Position numbers and translations under genes: made by a program
The notes under the pieces: generated by a model
Database searches by the model: none
Seen by the model: only the letters and a program-made list of their open reading frames with translations
Told to the model about the DNA's origin: nothing
Source: Psammoneis japonica
Lineage: Eukaryota
DNA: 64,000 bases
Assembly (NCBI GenBank): GCA_008632985.1
Contig: QPGO01000045.1
Span: forward strand, 124,001-188,000
Reading direction: 5' to 3'
Shown: in pieces, positions 47,480 to 61,036 of the stretch
Layout: the number at the start of each line of letters is the position of its first letter
Numbering within the stretch: the first letter of the stretch is position 1

Positions 47480-50400
47480 TCACATGAATTAAATTTCATG
47501 TGAAAAAAAGAAACATCCTCCTTCATGTTGCCAGCTGGCCCAATGCTCCGCCCACCCCATTCCCCATTCTGGGTGCCTCTGTCACCATCATTCCCTTTCC
47601 TGCTCCCGTTGCCTTCATCCCCACCTGCAATGCTCTTGCAGAGCTCTCTCTGCTTGCCAAGGCAAGATGGCCATGGTCATTGCTGACCATCTCAAGCTGC
47701 CCCTTGTGGACCCCACCAGTGTCAACCATCTCTGAACCTTTGGCCCCTCATCCCCATGTCTTCTGTGCCCATGATGCTCAGCCAATCAAGTGCAAGCCTC
47801 TCTTCTTTCCATCTCCATGCAGTGTCACCCTTGCAAATGCCAACCTGCACAACTGAGCCAGCTTCCCCTCCAACCTCCTCACTTCTGCCTTGGCCTCTTC
47901 TTTCAATGCTGAAGCAGCCTCTCAACATCCTGTGCCTCTGCTGCTGTCCAGCTGCCTGTGCCTTCATGTGATTCTTTTTCCTGTCACACCGTTGAGCTGC
48001 TTGCTCAAGATTGGCAGCTGCCTGAGGCTCTAGACCAAGCTCCATTCCCTGCAGCCCAACCTCCACCTTTGTCTTGGGCTCAGGTGGCTGCTTGCTCCTT
48101 GCCTGCCAAGCCCCCTCCATCCAAGCATCCCTGTCCTTCTCCAAACATCTCTGCTCATCCAGTCAAGGTCCCCAATCAGGTGATGCAGACCAAGTCTGAC
48201 AACTCCACTGCTCTTTGGCAGCCCCAATGCAACACTGAGCTCTTGGAAGCTCTCAATGCCTTTGTCACTGCCCGTTGCCCCACCCACATTTCTGACAGGA
48301 CACCTCGTGGAATCCGTCAGCACCCGCACCCTGCTGACTTGCCCCTTTCACTCTTGGTCTCCTCCATCCTCAGATTTGTTGTCTCTCCTCTCTGCTGCAG
48401 TTTGCAGCCACCTTTGCCAACAGCATCTCCATCAATCTCCATCTCAAGCAGCTGCAGAGTTTGTTGAAGCAGCTGGTTTGCATCACATCTGCAGACATTG
48501 CAGTCACAGCCAACATGCCCACCTCCCTCCTGTGCACCTCCACAATCACTTGCAAAACAAGCACTTTGCTCCCCACACCACCCCAATGCCAACATCATCA
48601 CCTCCACCCTCCAAGATGCCAGGCAATGGCACTCATCTTTTCAGTGTCTCCACTCCCTTGAGCTTGGTCCTCCTCCCTCCTTTCACACCTCCTCTTGCTT
48701 GCTGCAAGAAGCTCTCCTCCTCTGCTCACAAGGAACTTTGCACTGCTCTCCACCATGTGGTCCAGTGGGATCTTGCCACTTCTTGGCCCTTCTCTGACCC
48801 CACTCATCTCCCTCCTCAGTGACAAAGTGACTCTGCTCCTTTTTGGAAGCTCCTGCTGCTCTTCAAGGCCATTCTTCTCACTCCCATTTCTTGGCATTCT
48901 AAATTTGGCCCTGCAATTGCCTCTTGCCTCTTGCCTTGCTCTCTTCCATTCTGGCTGCGTTCATCTGCTTTGTCCTTGGGTTCAGTCAAAGCCCAGATGA
49001 GCTCTCAAAACATTGCTCAATCCATCAGCAGCAAAACTCCCTTTCTGCACATGCCACCAACATCAGCTCATGCACCTGGAGCACTGAAAAGTGTCACATG
49101 TGGAAACTTGCAACGGTTCTGGCTGCAAAATTCAGGTGTGCATGATTTCATAAAAGTCACAAAAAACTTTGCAGACTGTCTTGCTGACTGAGGACACGAC
49201 ACCAGGACATGCTGCGCGAGCTGTTCATGGAAGCTGCCAACTGTCTTGACAACCCCTGTCAGCACTCCAGCTCCAACAATGCCGCAGACCCAAGCTCTGC
49301 CCTGTTTTTCCACAGTGAATTCCACCCCCGTGGGGCATCACATGCCTCTGTTTGACATGTTGGATGGGTGCAATGGTTTCAAGCATCTTGCACTTGCTTG
49401 CTTGTGACCTCGAAACTTGAGAGACACTTTGTTGCAAACTCAAATGCAAGAACCAGAGGGCAAGCATGCATCCAACTACATCGAGCAATTAGAACCAGAG
49501 CTCTGAGTTGGCGACTCCATCGTGATGACACACCTCCAGCAAAAAACTCCAATGGGCTGCCTTCTGCACCTGCGGAGCTTCAGCTTGTGCCCATTGGAGT
49601 TTTTTTGGGGTTGTGCCAAACCCTGACCCTGTTTTTTGCACGCAGTTGATCTGTTCTTTTTGGTCTTTGGCAGGCGTTCACAACACACCATTGAGAACGC
49701 CAATGCCCACTTTTTCTCCAATGGAGTTTTGGGCCAAAGACATGCACGCTTCACACGCATCGGCACTTTCAATGGTCACATCCAAGCTGTGACGGCAACG
49801 GCCATTAAAAATTGCCAATCTTGATCTTTTTGGCTCATGAGAAAACATGCCAACCTTACATCATCAAGCTTTGTGGGTTTGGCAAGACTGATCTAAAGTC
49901 TTTTCAGTGCCAAAGGCACTCTGCACATTGAAGAACCCCAATGGCAGCCACACTCAAGCTCCATCCTCCCCGTCTCCACCCTCCTGACATGCCCACTGCT
50001 CCTTCCACCCACTCCACTTCCTCTCCCAACAAGGAGCCCATTGAGCTCTCCACCAATGCTCTTCTTCCTGCTCTCTCCAAGTGCAAGCCCGGCACCACTG
50101 CCCAGGTCTTTGCTGACTCTGCTGGCCTCTTTAAGTCCCACACTCTCTTCATTCCACCAAAACTCCCTCTGACACAACTCACAACATCACTGCTTGGTGC
50201 CTTCCTTCCACAAGCTCACACTTCTTCTCCTTCATGGCTCTGCCTCCCCACCCATCCTTCCTTTGCCCACCTCCAATCATTTTGTTGCTCTTCACAAGGA
50301 TCCTGCTGATCTGAACAAGCTGCACCCCATTGGTGTCAGCACAGCCCTTTGCCCCTCTGTCATTGTGACCCTTTTTGTCTCTGATTTTGCCAAGTGCTTG

Positions 50401-51400
50401 CTCCCTGATGGCCAATTTGGCACTGGTGTCAAGGGCGGCCTTGATTGCCTCATCCACTCTGCCCATGCCAACATTGAGCACAACCTGCCCTCTGCTGACC
50501 CTGCCAAGGCTCTCATGCTTCTTGACCTTGTCAACATGTTCAATGAAGTCTCCCATGATGCTTGTCACCACCTTCTGGCTTCCGCTGATGCCCTTTGCCC
50601 ACTCCTTCCTTTCTTTGACTTGGTGTGCCAAAACTCCAATGCCTGTTGGCACTGCCACCCTGACTCCACCTGGGATTCTTTCATTCAATGAGAACACTTT
50701 GCCCAAGGCTGTCGTCTTGGCCCTGTCTTCACCAGCCTTGTTGCCTCTCTTGCAGTTTGCCTGCTCAACCAGGAACTCCTTCAGCACTTCCCCAGCCACT
50801 CTCCCACCACTTCTGTTGGGTGCTGCTCTCTTGATGATGCGCATGTCTTTTTGTCTCACTCTGACCTCTTGTGGTTCCTTTGGCACTTCTCAACCCTTGG
50901 CAACCCTTGTGACATCGCCCTTGACCTCCACACAAAACCAAGATCCTCCTTGCATTCATCTCTGACAACAGCCCCATCCCCACTCTCCCTCATTCTCAGG
51001 CTGACTCTCTCCACACTGCTCTCTCATCTCACACCTCAGTCCTGCTGACAACCCTTCCTGCAACCCTGAGCCCACCTCTGGTGTCTGCTTTCTTGGCTGG
51101 CCTCTTGGCTCCCCCAAGGCTTTGCCAACTCCTTCCTCTCTGACACCTCCTCTTCCCTCTCTGCTCTTTCTGACAAAGTTGGCATGCTTCTCACATGTCT
51201 CCATGACAAGCAAACTCAAGATCAGCTCTTCAAGCACTGTTTCACACCCTCCTCTGTGCACCTTCTTGGTGCTGACTTCTGTCATGACTTCGGTCCCATC
51301 TGGGATGCCAACAACCCAGTTCTGACTGCCTGTCATGATCTGGGCATTTCTTGACTTCAATCCCAAATTGTTGCAAACTCATGAGCCAAGTCTTCCTTTG
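47480..51400 (+). mobile_element. Decayed CRE-like non-LTR retrotransposon (RT), probably with an unrelated insert at ~49000-49900
   Basis: FVALHKD..KLHPIG, QFG.GVKGGLD, LLDLVNMFNEVS, FAQGCRLGP and LDD RT motifs at ~50270-50850; pyrimidine-rich plus strand; boundaries approximate. Confidence 0.72.
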
Positions 51401-51888
51401 AACACCAGTTCAGAACCAACTGAGTTTACAAGCTTCTTGATTCTAAATTGCACCCCACTTTGAAGTGCGAACATTCTTGTCCACAATTTTAATCTCAACC
51501 CTTTTAAACATTTGCTGTTCCTTGTTCCTTCATCACATCTCTTTCCAATTGCAATCCACCATCCTTGCCTGCAACATCCTTCTACATTTTGTCTCTTTGC
51601 ACTGTTGTTTTAAAAGCAAATGTTGCAACTGCCATTTGTGCTTTGCTGGCAATTGTCTTGGAGCTTGCCTCTTTGTTTTTGCTGTGATCTGGATTTTGTT
51701 GTTTGCTGCAGTTTACATTCACATGCCAGTTTGGTTTGTTGCCATGACTGCAATTGCTTCCATGCCATCAGTGGCAGCCACTGTCTGCAAGGGCAGGTCC
51801 TCTCCCACTGGTGTGGCCCATCCATCCTCTCTCTCCTTCCTCTTCTCCTCTTTGCCTTCCATTGCCTCTGTTCCTTGAAGAACCATGC

Positions 51889-52284
51889 GACGCGTTCCAG
51901 CCCTAGGTGGGAGCTCGTAGTGCTGACGTGTGACAACAATAATTTTTATCATCCGTCGTATGTTTCGTACGTAGATTTCTACGTGTGATATTTAAAAAAA
52001 ATTGTCCAGACTCGCTGTTTCGCGAAGCCCCAGACGTTTTATATAACAAATTTATAGAAACAATAATGCGCCAGTTACATTCTTCAATGTCTGAAGAATG
52101 TAACTGGCTAAGTAAAAAATGATGTACTTCAATCATGTGCGAGTTTGTGCGTTCGCAAAATTGCCTCATTTTCTGTTGGCGATCATTGACATTTTAATTA
52201 CCGTATAATTTTACTACGGAGCTCGCACGTAGAAGTCTACGGGCCCAATGTCACACGGATTCCCACCTACGTCTGGAACGCGTC
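51889..52284 (-). mobile_element. GACGCG-MITE copy 5 (396 bp, TSD ATGC), unmutated
   Basis: gacgcgttccagccctaggtggga / tcccacctacgtctggaacgcgtc; atgc on both sides; full TpA content; perfect 17-bp-stem hairpin at 52070-52108. Confidence 0.95.
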
Positions 52285-53299
52285 ATGCACCAAATCCTTT
52301 GTTCTCCTCTTGGTCTTTCATCACCCACTTGCTCAGTTCATTGTGCTTCTTGACCCCCTCTTTGCTCCATCCTTGGCTCCTCTTGGCCAATCCCCCCACA
52401 GCTGTTGCTGTGTGCTTTGCAGCTGTGGCATCTTCTGCCATCAGCTTTCTTCACCTTGCAATGTTGTTGTCCTTCTCCAATTTTTCCACCATGTCAACCA
52501 CCTTGCCACAACAGTTTGAGCATGCCAGCAGAGCAAAGGCCTCCAATGACATGGCAGACCACTCTTGGAGCAAATTGGTTGTGCTTCTGCCAGACTGCAC
52601 TTGGCCCACCACAGTTGGTGCTGCCACTTTCAAGTTTCAAGAACCACTGTGCGTGTCTTTGTCAGCCCTGTCCTTGACCCAATCTTTGCACTCAACCAGC
52701 AACCCCTCCAAAGCAGCCTGTCCATGACTGTCAAACACATGCACCGTGTTGCTTGCCTGTCATCCTTCTCCTTATGTTGTCCTGCATGTTGTTCCTTTTG
52801 CAGCTGCATTTTTCCCTGAACACCTCTTTGTGTGTGTCCCAGAGTGCCTCTGGCACATGTTCCATGCTCCTCAACTCTTGCAAAAACACCAAAAGTTCTC
52901 GGTCAAAGATTGTGAACTTGTGCCATGGCTGCAGGCTTTCATTGGCCACCTTTGTCAACACAGACCCTGTCAATTTCTTGCTGACTGCTGGAGCTTGATC
53001 CATCACATGACATCCCTCCGTGGGAGTCACAACAGAACTTGAAAGAATTGGCTCAATTCCCTGCACTCATTTGTTTGTGCATTGAACAATCCCATCACCA
53101 CCACAGGAGGGCTCATGGCAACTGCAAAGCATGCCAAAGCGGCCAACTCTAACTTGTCAGTGCAGCTGTTGGCCTTTGTCCTGCCCTCCTCAACCCAACT
53201 TGCTGTTTGATGTTGCACTCCCACCATCTTGCATTGTCTCACTCCTGTGACAACCTTTTCCTCCATGTTCTTTCCCATTCTGACAGGCGGCTCTTGTGT

Positions 53300-55500
53300 T
53301 GCAATGTTTGCTGCTTTCTGTCTGGTTTGTGACATGAGAAGTCATGAAATGAGCACACTTTGCAAGTGTTCTTCTCCATTTTGCCATTGCTTGCTTCTCT
53401 CAGATTGATTCAAACAGGTGTTCTTTGCATTGTTTTTGAGTGCACATTTTTGACTCAACATTTGAATTTTTCAAAACCTTCTGCTGTTTTGAATTGCTGT
53501 GTTCCATTGCAAACAATTCATGCACGCAACTGCAGATTTGTGCAGTTTAAAAATTTTCTCCCAGCCCTGCAATTTGTCACTCATGAATGTGTTGGCCATT
53601 CCATTTTCTTTTCTGACACAACTGCAGATTCATGTGGTTTTAAAATTTGCTCCTGACCCCACAATCATTCACTCACAACTCAATTGACCATTCCCTCTTC
53701 TTTGGTTGTTCACAATTGAATTGACTGTTCCCTCTTCTTTTCCAATGCCCTCCCTCTCCAACTGCTTCAGCTGTCACCCAAACAGAGCAATTCTGTGTTT
53801 TGACAATGGACATCTGCATGCATTCAACACAAATTTGCTCATTCTCTGTTCTCATCCAATGGTGGAATGCTGCGCCATTGTCATGCAAATGTGGCAGCAG
53901 CAAACTGCAGCAATTGCCAGGATGCACGTTCCCTTTGCTGCCGACACATGCCGGCAATCAAGCATCAATTTGGTCATGTTGCTGATGGTGGCATGGAATC
54001 ACATGGAGGGGCAGCAAGTTTTGATTTTTGCCAAGGTCATTGTCACCCCACCCATTTTGGTGCTCAGCTTTGCAGCCTGTTTGTGTTTGGTGTGCTGGGA
54101 TCAGGCCTGACACTCCTTGCAGTTGTCCTGCTTTGGTCAATCAGCCATTCCTTGCCAAAGATGATGCTGTGCGCAGTTTGTGCCATGAGAACAAGAATGC
54201 CAAGATTTTCTTTGACAACTGCAATGGGCAGATGCTGTTGGACAAAAATGTGACACAGAATTGCTTTGAGGAGATCTTGTTCACTGAGTGCACAGAAGGA
54301 ACAGCTGTGGCTTCACTCAACATGATGATGTTCTGTGGTCACACCCACAAATGGACTCATGAACCCTTTTTTGTTCCTGCCTGTGAAACCAATCTGTCAT
54401 GGGGTGGTGAGGTTGACAGGCACTTTTTTCACAAGCACACCCAAAAACCATCATGCACCCGCAGTGTGCGGCAACTGAGTTGCTGGTTAAACAGCAAATG
54501 TCATTTTGGAAACAGTCCCGTGAACTGTCACAAGAAGGCGGCATTGTGGCTCCAACATGCTGATGCTCCTGTCCTGTGATTGCACAAACAATGGGCAGAT
54601 TGGTCTGGCAATGAAGCAGCCCATGAAGAACCACCTGTGGAGTGTGGCAACAATTGGCAGCAGCAACAAGGCACCCAGACTTGTCCTTCTTGTTTTTCTT
54701 GTCCATGTTTGGGATGAAGCCAAGAGGATGCCAGCAGCGACAATCATGACAAGCCTCTTCTTGAATCATTGCAAGTGAGTGCATGAGATGCTCCACCCCA
54801 TGTTGATTGACTGCATTGACTCCAGTCTTGTTGGAACAATTGACAAGGCAAACACAAAAATTGGGTGCAGTTTCCTTGGCATTGGAGCAACATTGCAACC
54901 ACTTTGAGCCAACAATTGACAGTCACCAGGATGGCCCAGAAACTGAATGCCACCACCCTTGAAGCTGGCACCAGGATCTAAATCACTGTCAAAAGGAGGC
55001 AGCTCACAAGGTGACCAAATGTCACCGGGGCTCACCCGCAACTTTGAAAGATTGTAGAAATCTGGCTTGGTGAACAGATCCTGTGGGGAGTCTCAGTGAA
55101 ACTGCAAACTGGGTGGGAAAGGTGGGGAATGGCAACATTTGGGACCATCCTGCTGTTGTTGTGTGTTGGATTGTTGCACTCAAGAAACTCCACAGCAGCA
55201 GTGTGGGGGAGAGGGGCATTGGGGAACAACTCCAGAAGTTGCTTCGTTGCTGCAGCAGTTGCAATGGGAGGCTTTTTCAAACCCAATCTTTTTTCTGTGC
55301 ATGCTCTTTGTGGACTGTTCTCATGACTTTGTCAATGAAGTCAATTGCAGCACCTGACTGCCAACAGAGATGATGGAGAAGCCAAACCATCTGTGCAATG
55401 CTGGGTGAGCAGCAGACTGGAGGGACATCAAAGTCCTCATCAGGGGCAAGGTTGCGTGCTGGTCCCAGTGAGTTCTTGAGGTCAAACAAGGAAACTGCGG
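53300..55500 (-). mobile_element. Decayed Plavaka-like transposase relic
   Basis: Fragments GSWCQ, NKTG.....VEHLMHSL..I.EEA....CWHPLGFIPNM resemble the 'G.WY / DKT...EP.MFTL...R....WRPLGYIP' pattern; heavily frameshifted. Confidence 0.45.
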
Positions 55501-58500
55501 CTGAGTCAACACAGACAGGAGGAGGAGCTGTGTCTTCCACCAGATGTGACATCAAGGGTGGACCATGGGCCCAAAGCACCGTGGAGAGAATCCACTGCAA
55601 TGAACTCAGGAACATCCACAGGGCTGTCCTCTTCAAGGGCAGATGCATTTGCAGTGGCTGCATTGGTGGTGGCTGCATTGGCAGTTGTGGCATGCAAGCA
55701 ACCAGAGCATTCAACAGAAGGGGGGGGGGCACAGACCATTTCCAGCAGAGGGGGAGGGGGGGCAACAGGAGAAGCATTGTCGGAGTGCATGGGAGGAGGT
55801 GGATCTGGACTCAAGCAGACTGTGGGAAGGGGGGCTGGGGTTCATCATCAGCAAAACCAAACATTGAGTCATTGTCATTGTTGCCAAATGTGTCATTGGC
55901 TGTCTGGAGGGGGAAATGAGTTGATGGCATTTGAGACAGCAGCAACAGAGTGTCAAAGGGCTTCCTCCTTCTCACGGCAGGGTGCATGCTTCTGGAGATC
56001 ATGCAGGGCAGTGTTGGAAAAGGGAGCCAGGCAATGCAGACATTTGGGTCTGTCAGCATTGGACCCAAGAGAGGCAACAGAGGCAGCATCCTGAGGAAGT
56101 GAAGAAACCGATTTCCAGCCAGAGAGGGAAGATGTTCAGTTCTTGAGTGTGTGGCTGTGTTGCAGGCGAAGGGAGAAAACAGTGGAAGTGGTGCAGCAAC
56201 AAAAAAGGTGACACTGCACCTGGTTTTCCAAGACAAGAAAACCATGTTGTCCACAACACAGACAACCAAAAGAGGTTGGACCAATGGAACAGAGGCAATT
56301 GGCAGCAATGTGCCAACTGAGACCGTGCTCAGAAAGAAATCCAGAGCCTTTGCACCAAGGACAAACAAGCAAATGCAAAATTGAGTGATGTGACAACATG
56401 CAAAAAATTCATGATGTCAACATTGCATCACCATGACATCAAAACCACATTCTCCACTTGCGAAGGGGTGGTTGAAGCAGATCGCGAAAACAACCCCTCA
56501 AGTGGTGCAACAACGAAACAATTTAACAAGTGTGTTTGAAGAAGACAATGTAGATGCTGAGCATGCAACCATTTTGCATGATGCAGCAGACAAGCGATTG
56601 GAAGAATCTGTGCCAGTTGCAGTGAATGCCTCTGAAGAGGGAATGCCTCCATTTCGAACAGGTGATGCTGACAACAGCTGCATTGTTGAAGAAGATGCTG
56701 ATTCAGAAGCAATGGATGAAGATGATTTTTCTTTCCCAACAACAGATGCAGCATGTGATCCTTTGTCATGCACAGCTTTGAACATTTCCACAGTTGGATC
56801 GCATGTGACATTTAACACAAGCACTGATGAATGCTGGTGCGAGAATTGTCTCGATGAAAGGATCTCAGAATCAGAAAAAATTGTTGCAGTCTGTTGTTGC
56901 AAAAGGAGGAGGAAAGAAAACTGTCTTGGCTTTGGTGATTCCATGAATCAACATGACAATGGCAAGCAGCAGGCCTTTCAAAACTTGCCGGGATGCCTGT
57001 TGGGCACAGCAGATTTCTTTTTCAACAACATCAACCAGAAAGGCAACAACGACAAAGCTCGAGAATGAGCAGGAGCACAGAAAGCATTTGCTTGGCCATT
57101 TCCAAAAGCGGCCGCTGTGGCTTCAAAATTAAAGATCAAAGGCAGCTCCAGTGCCGCCATGGGGACTGCGCCAGATGTGTGGAACGACATGCTGGGAACA
57201 CTGGTGCGAGTGGTGCCACGTCCGCGGCGGCATTCCAAGAAGTTCTCCAAATTCATGGCAGACTTTTCCAGCCTCTGGTCCTCTTGATGGATGCCTTTTT
57301 GTGCAAATTCTCTCCCAACAATGCAGGCATGACCCACGCCATGCGTGTTGATGTCATGTTGTCAGACAATGCCATGATGTTGATTGCACAGGCCCGCGAA
57401 TCCTTCCAGCAATGTGCGGGACAATCATGCACAGAATTTGTGTTGGCCTTGTGGAGGCATCCACATCTGGGTGTTTCACTGCCTGAACAGTGCTGTCAGA
57501 ATGCAAGCGACAGGCAACAAATCATTGAAAAGCTGACCAGCATGCCCAGAACATTCTGTTTTGTGCTGGTCCGGTGGAACTCGATTCTTCATGCGGGGTT
57601 CCTGCGCATCCAACACGAAAATGGAGGAAGCATTGGTGCCCGCAAAAGCCGACAAAGTTGAGCAGCAGCTTAAATTCTGATGTTGGTGCTGCTCTCTCCG
57701 GGACGACTGCCCTCTCTTGTGAGCTGGGAATGCACCTCCAACTCTGAGCCAGACACGTTTCGCATTCAGACTGAACAATTGATTCTTTTTTTGCAAAAGG
57801 TGGCATTGCAATGTGGCCATGAACATCAGAGCACTTGTGATCAATGCCTCCGATGCACAGCTGCTGACGATTGGCAATCGCCATCGTGACAATCTGAAAA
57901 TCTTAGAAATGGCACCGCACACACATTGAGGTTGGCCAGGTCCATGCACAGTGGGACTCCCACTGCTAGAGTGTGGGTGGGCCCAAGTAATTCAAAAAAC
58001 CGTCAACGGCCATTGCTGTGTAATTTGGCAGCATTTTGGTGCTCTGTGCATGAGGCATTTATGTAGAAATTACGTGCGCACAATTGACAGGGGAAGCGAG
58101 CGTGGAGAAGAGACGACGCGAGCGAAGCACGAGCGAAGAGACCGACAATGATGCAAGTGCCGGAGAGAGACGCAAAGACAGCAATCCAACGATGTTGCAA
58201 GAGGGCGCAAAAGAGAGAAAAGATCCATTTGAGTTAGCACCACATCTTCAATAAAAAGAACAAAGCAAGACAACATTGGTGTGCACAAAAACTTGCACAG
58301 AGAAGCACGGCACCAGCGCCTGAAAAATGACCACATCTGCGGTGAGGTGGAACAACACAAGGAGGTGAGAACACACTTTTCTACAAGTGCAAAGCAACAA
58401 CGAGCAAACAACCAATGTAAACTCACCAGCAGGGTCAAAACTTGGGGTGCCTGGATCGTCAACGGTGGGCAGGGAGGACAGATGGAAGAGAGGCAGTCTG

Positions 58501-60202
58501 GTGGTTCCACGGAGCAGGACGACAAAAGCAGGCAGCAAATCGGCATGAGCAATGGTGGAAAGTCGGAGCTTGGGATCGAGTGACTGGTCCGGTCCATGCA
58601 AATCGTGGTAGAAGCTTGGAGAACGGAGGCAGCACCATGGTGGTGTGGCATGGACCGGGGAGAGAAGAAGTGCCGCGGCGGAACGGCATCGAACGGCGAC
58701 GGAGCCAAAAATGGTGACGGCGACGGCGCAGACCTGTGGACTTAGACATCCCCATCTTCGATTCCTGTGCATCAAGATGCGGGACAAGGAGGTTCAAGGT
58801 GAGCGCCATTGCGAACGAGAACGGGGAAAAAGACGCATGATTCCACGAGAATCAGAACTCACCACATTTTGAGTCATTCTGACCCATTCCAGAGCCAGGG
58901 CTCACTCACATGGCACGACCCAATGGCTCACAACACTGTCAAGCAAGGCAGGGGTCGGGAGGCGGTGTCGTACCGGTCAAATCGGCCAAAAGCGCCATTG
59001 TCGGAGGGAGCGGTGGTTGTCGATCGGCCGCTCGGAAAAATTATGAGCCATCAACCCGACCGCGCACCGTTCGGAGTCGCACAGAATTTCTCGGTACAAA
59101 ATGTACACAAGTGTACGTCAGTATAAAAATCGTGTAGAATGGGTGTAAGTAGAAACATACTGTCTCTCTGTGGACTACGAGGATTCTGCCGTTAAACTAT
59201 ACCAGTATGTATAATTCTACGTGGTGGATTTGAATCAATCCCACCAACGTTTTTAAATTTCGATCGTAATAACGGCTTTAGGTGCTATGATGATTATATA
59301 TATAAGTTTGAATCAAATATCATATATAGCGTTAATAATTTTGAATGATTGCGCGACTGCCAGTCGGCACCAAAAACCGTCGCCAATAAGTAAACCTGCA
59401 GTACAAAAGTACTCTTTTGCAATACTTTGGTACTTCAGTCTTGCACATGAAAGCGCTCCCTAAGTAGTTAACGGTCGAATTATATATATAAAATCCTCAC
59501 AGCGGGAGACCCTATATACGCTCCCGTGTGCACTCAACGCGCCTCGGTTACGACCTTCTCGTTGGGTTGCACAATGGCGAGAACGACCCGGCCGAACCCT
59601 CCTCGTCGGGCTCCATGAGTGCACAGGGCGCGCACCTACAGCACTGTACAGCAGTGCAGTTATGCACTTTATGAAGAAAGAGTCTTAAAAATAAAAAGCT
59701 CCACCTGGAAAACAGACATCGTTTTGCAATGGCCTCCAGCAAACAGAGAACACGTGGCAGCGGAAAAGACACAACAGGAAATGTTGAACTTCCCTGAACC
59801 ACAGAAACATCCATCAAAGCGTCAAAAAGCAACCGAATTGATCGATCGCAACACCATGATGTCGGAACATGTTTGCCGGCAGTGACCATGACGCCAGAGG
59901 TCGGTTTCGGCCAATGCATGCATCCAGCCCGATGTTGGCATGCCGCATGGTGAAACGGTTCCAAGACGTTCTTTTTGCCGGGATTCCTCGTGCATTCTAT
60001 GTGTCTTTGTACTGACGACTGTCCGAGCGCCCTTCGAAAGGCATCGATTCAAGCTGCCACAATTTCTTTGAAGCTGCAAGCAACAAAGACATTGCATCGC
60101 CATCATCACCATGTTGTCCTCTGTCCTCTTTGTGAATGCCGTGATCAATGTCAGCCACTGTGACTTGATTGCAGTTGTGATTCAACGCAAGAGCGCAAGC
60201 GA

Positions 60203-61036
60203 TTGGCTTGTTTTGCTCTTTGGGTCGGCTGTTGTGCCTTGCTGCAAGATCTCGATGTTGTTTCCATCACGACATTCTCGACGTTTGTCTGTGGATTGCA
60301 CCAGGGGTTGTTGGGGCTCATGGAGGACTTTTTGCATGTCAAGCAGCAGTGGTTTCCGAACGTTGCTGTCAAATCGATTTGGTCCTCCATCATCGGGTCT
60401 CCCATCTGGAGCCAACTCCATTTCGTTGCCATCAAGATCAAAACCATCTCATTGAAGTGCACGGGAATCGTTGTTGGCATGTCCAAGGGGTGCATCAAGC
60501 GTGTCGACTTTGCGAGCGCAGCAGCCGTCTTGAAGTGCTTCGATTTGACTGCTGCGGTTGTCGTGTTTCACATCGGCATGGCTTTCAAGAATTTTGATGT
60601 CAGCAGCCTCATGGGATTTCTCTTGCGTCTCATGTTGGTGGCAGCACTGGTCTTTCTCATTCACGTGCACTTGGCGGGATTGTTTTTACCATCAACCGAG
60701 GACGATCTGTCGGGCCATTGCGACGACCGTGTCAAGAAGCCTTGGAAGGAGCCAACGTCCAAATTCAAGAAGGGACAGCACGTGCATTGTCGCCATTCAA
60801 ACAAGACGTGGAGAGCAAAGATTTTAAGGGTCCATTTTGACGATGACCTTGACCCGTTCTACGACGTGAAATTGGGCGATGCACGCGAGAAGCAGATGAC
60901 CGAGGACCACCTGACGGACCAGCTCGGCTCAGGTCACATTCAGGTTTTCATTGACATCTTTGACGATGATCCGGATTGCGACTTGTTGCAAGGTGCTCAA
61001 TGGGGGGAAGGGGATGTCGTCAGTGCAATCTTGTGA
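60203..61036 (+). pseudogene. Hypermutated membrane-protein ORF with a diatom SH3/Tudor-like module
   Basis: Hydrophobic segments followed by FKKGQHVHC...AKILRVHFDDDLDPFYDVKLGDAREKQ; TpA-depleted; start uncertain. Confidence 0.45.

Noticed and set aside
45222..52284. Classical RIP (CpA->TpA) acting on the TA-rich copies
   Set aside because: Conserved Tyr codons, the intact RPH1-like gene, copy 5's better TIRs and perfect hairpin, and reciprocal CA/TG sites all indicate TA is ancestral.
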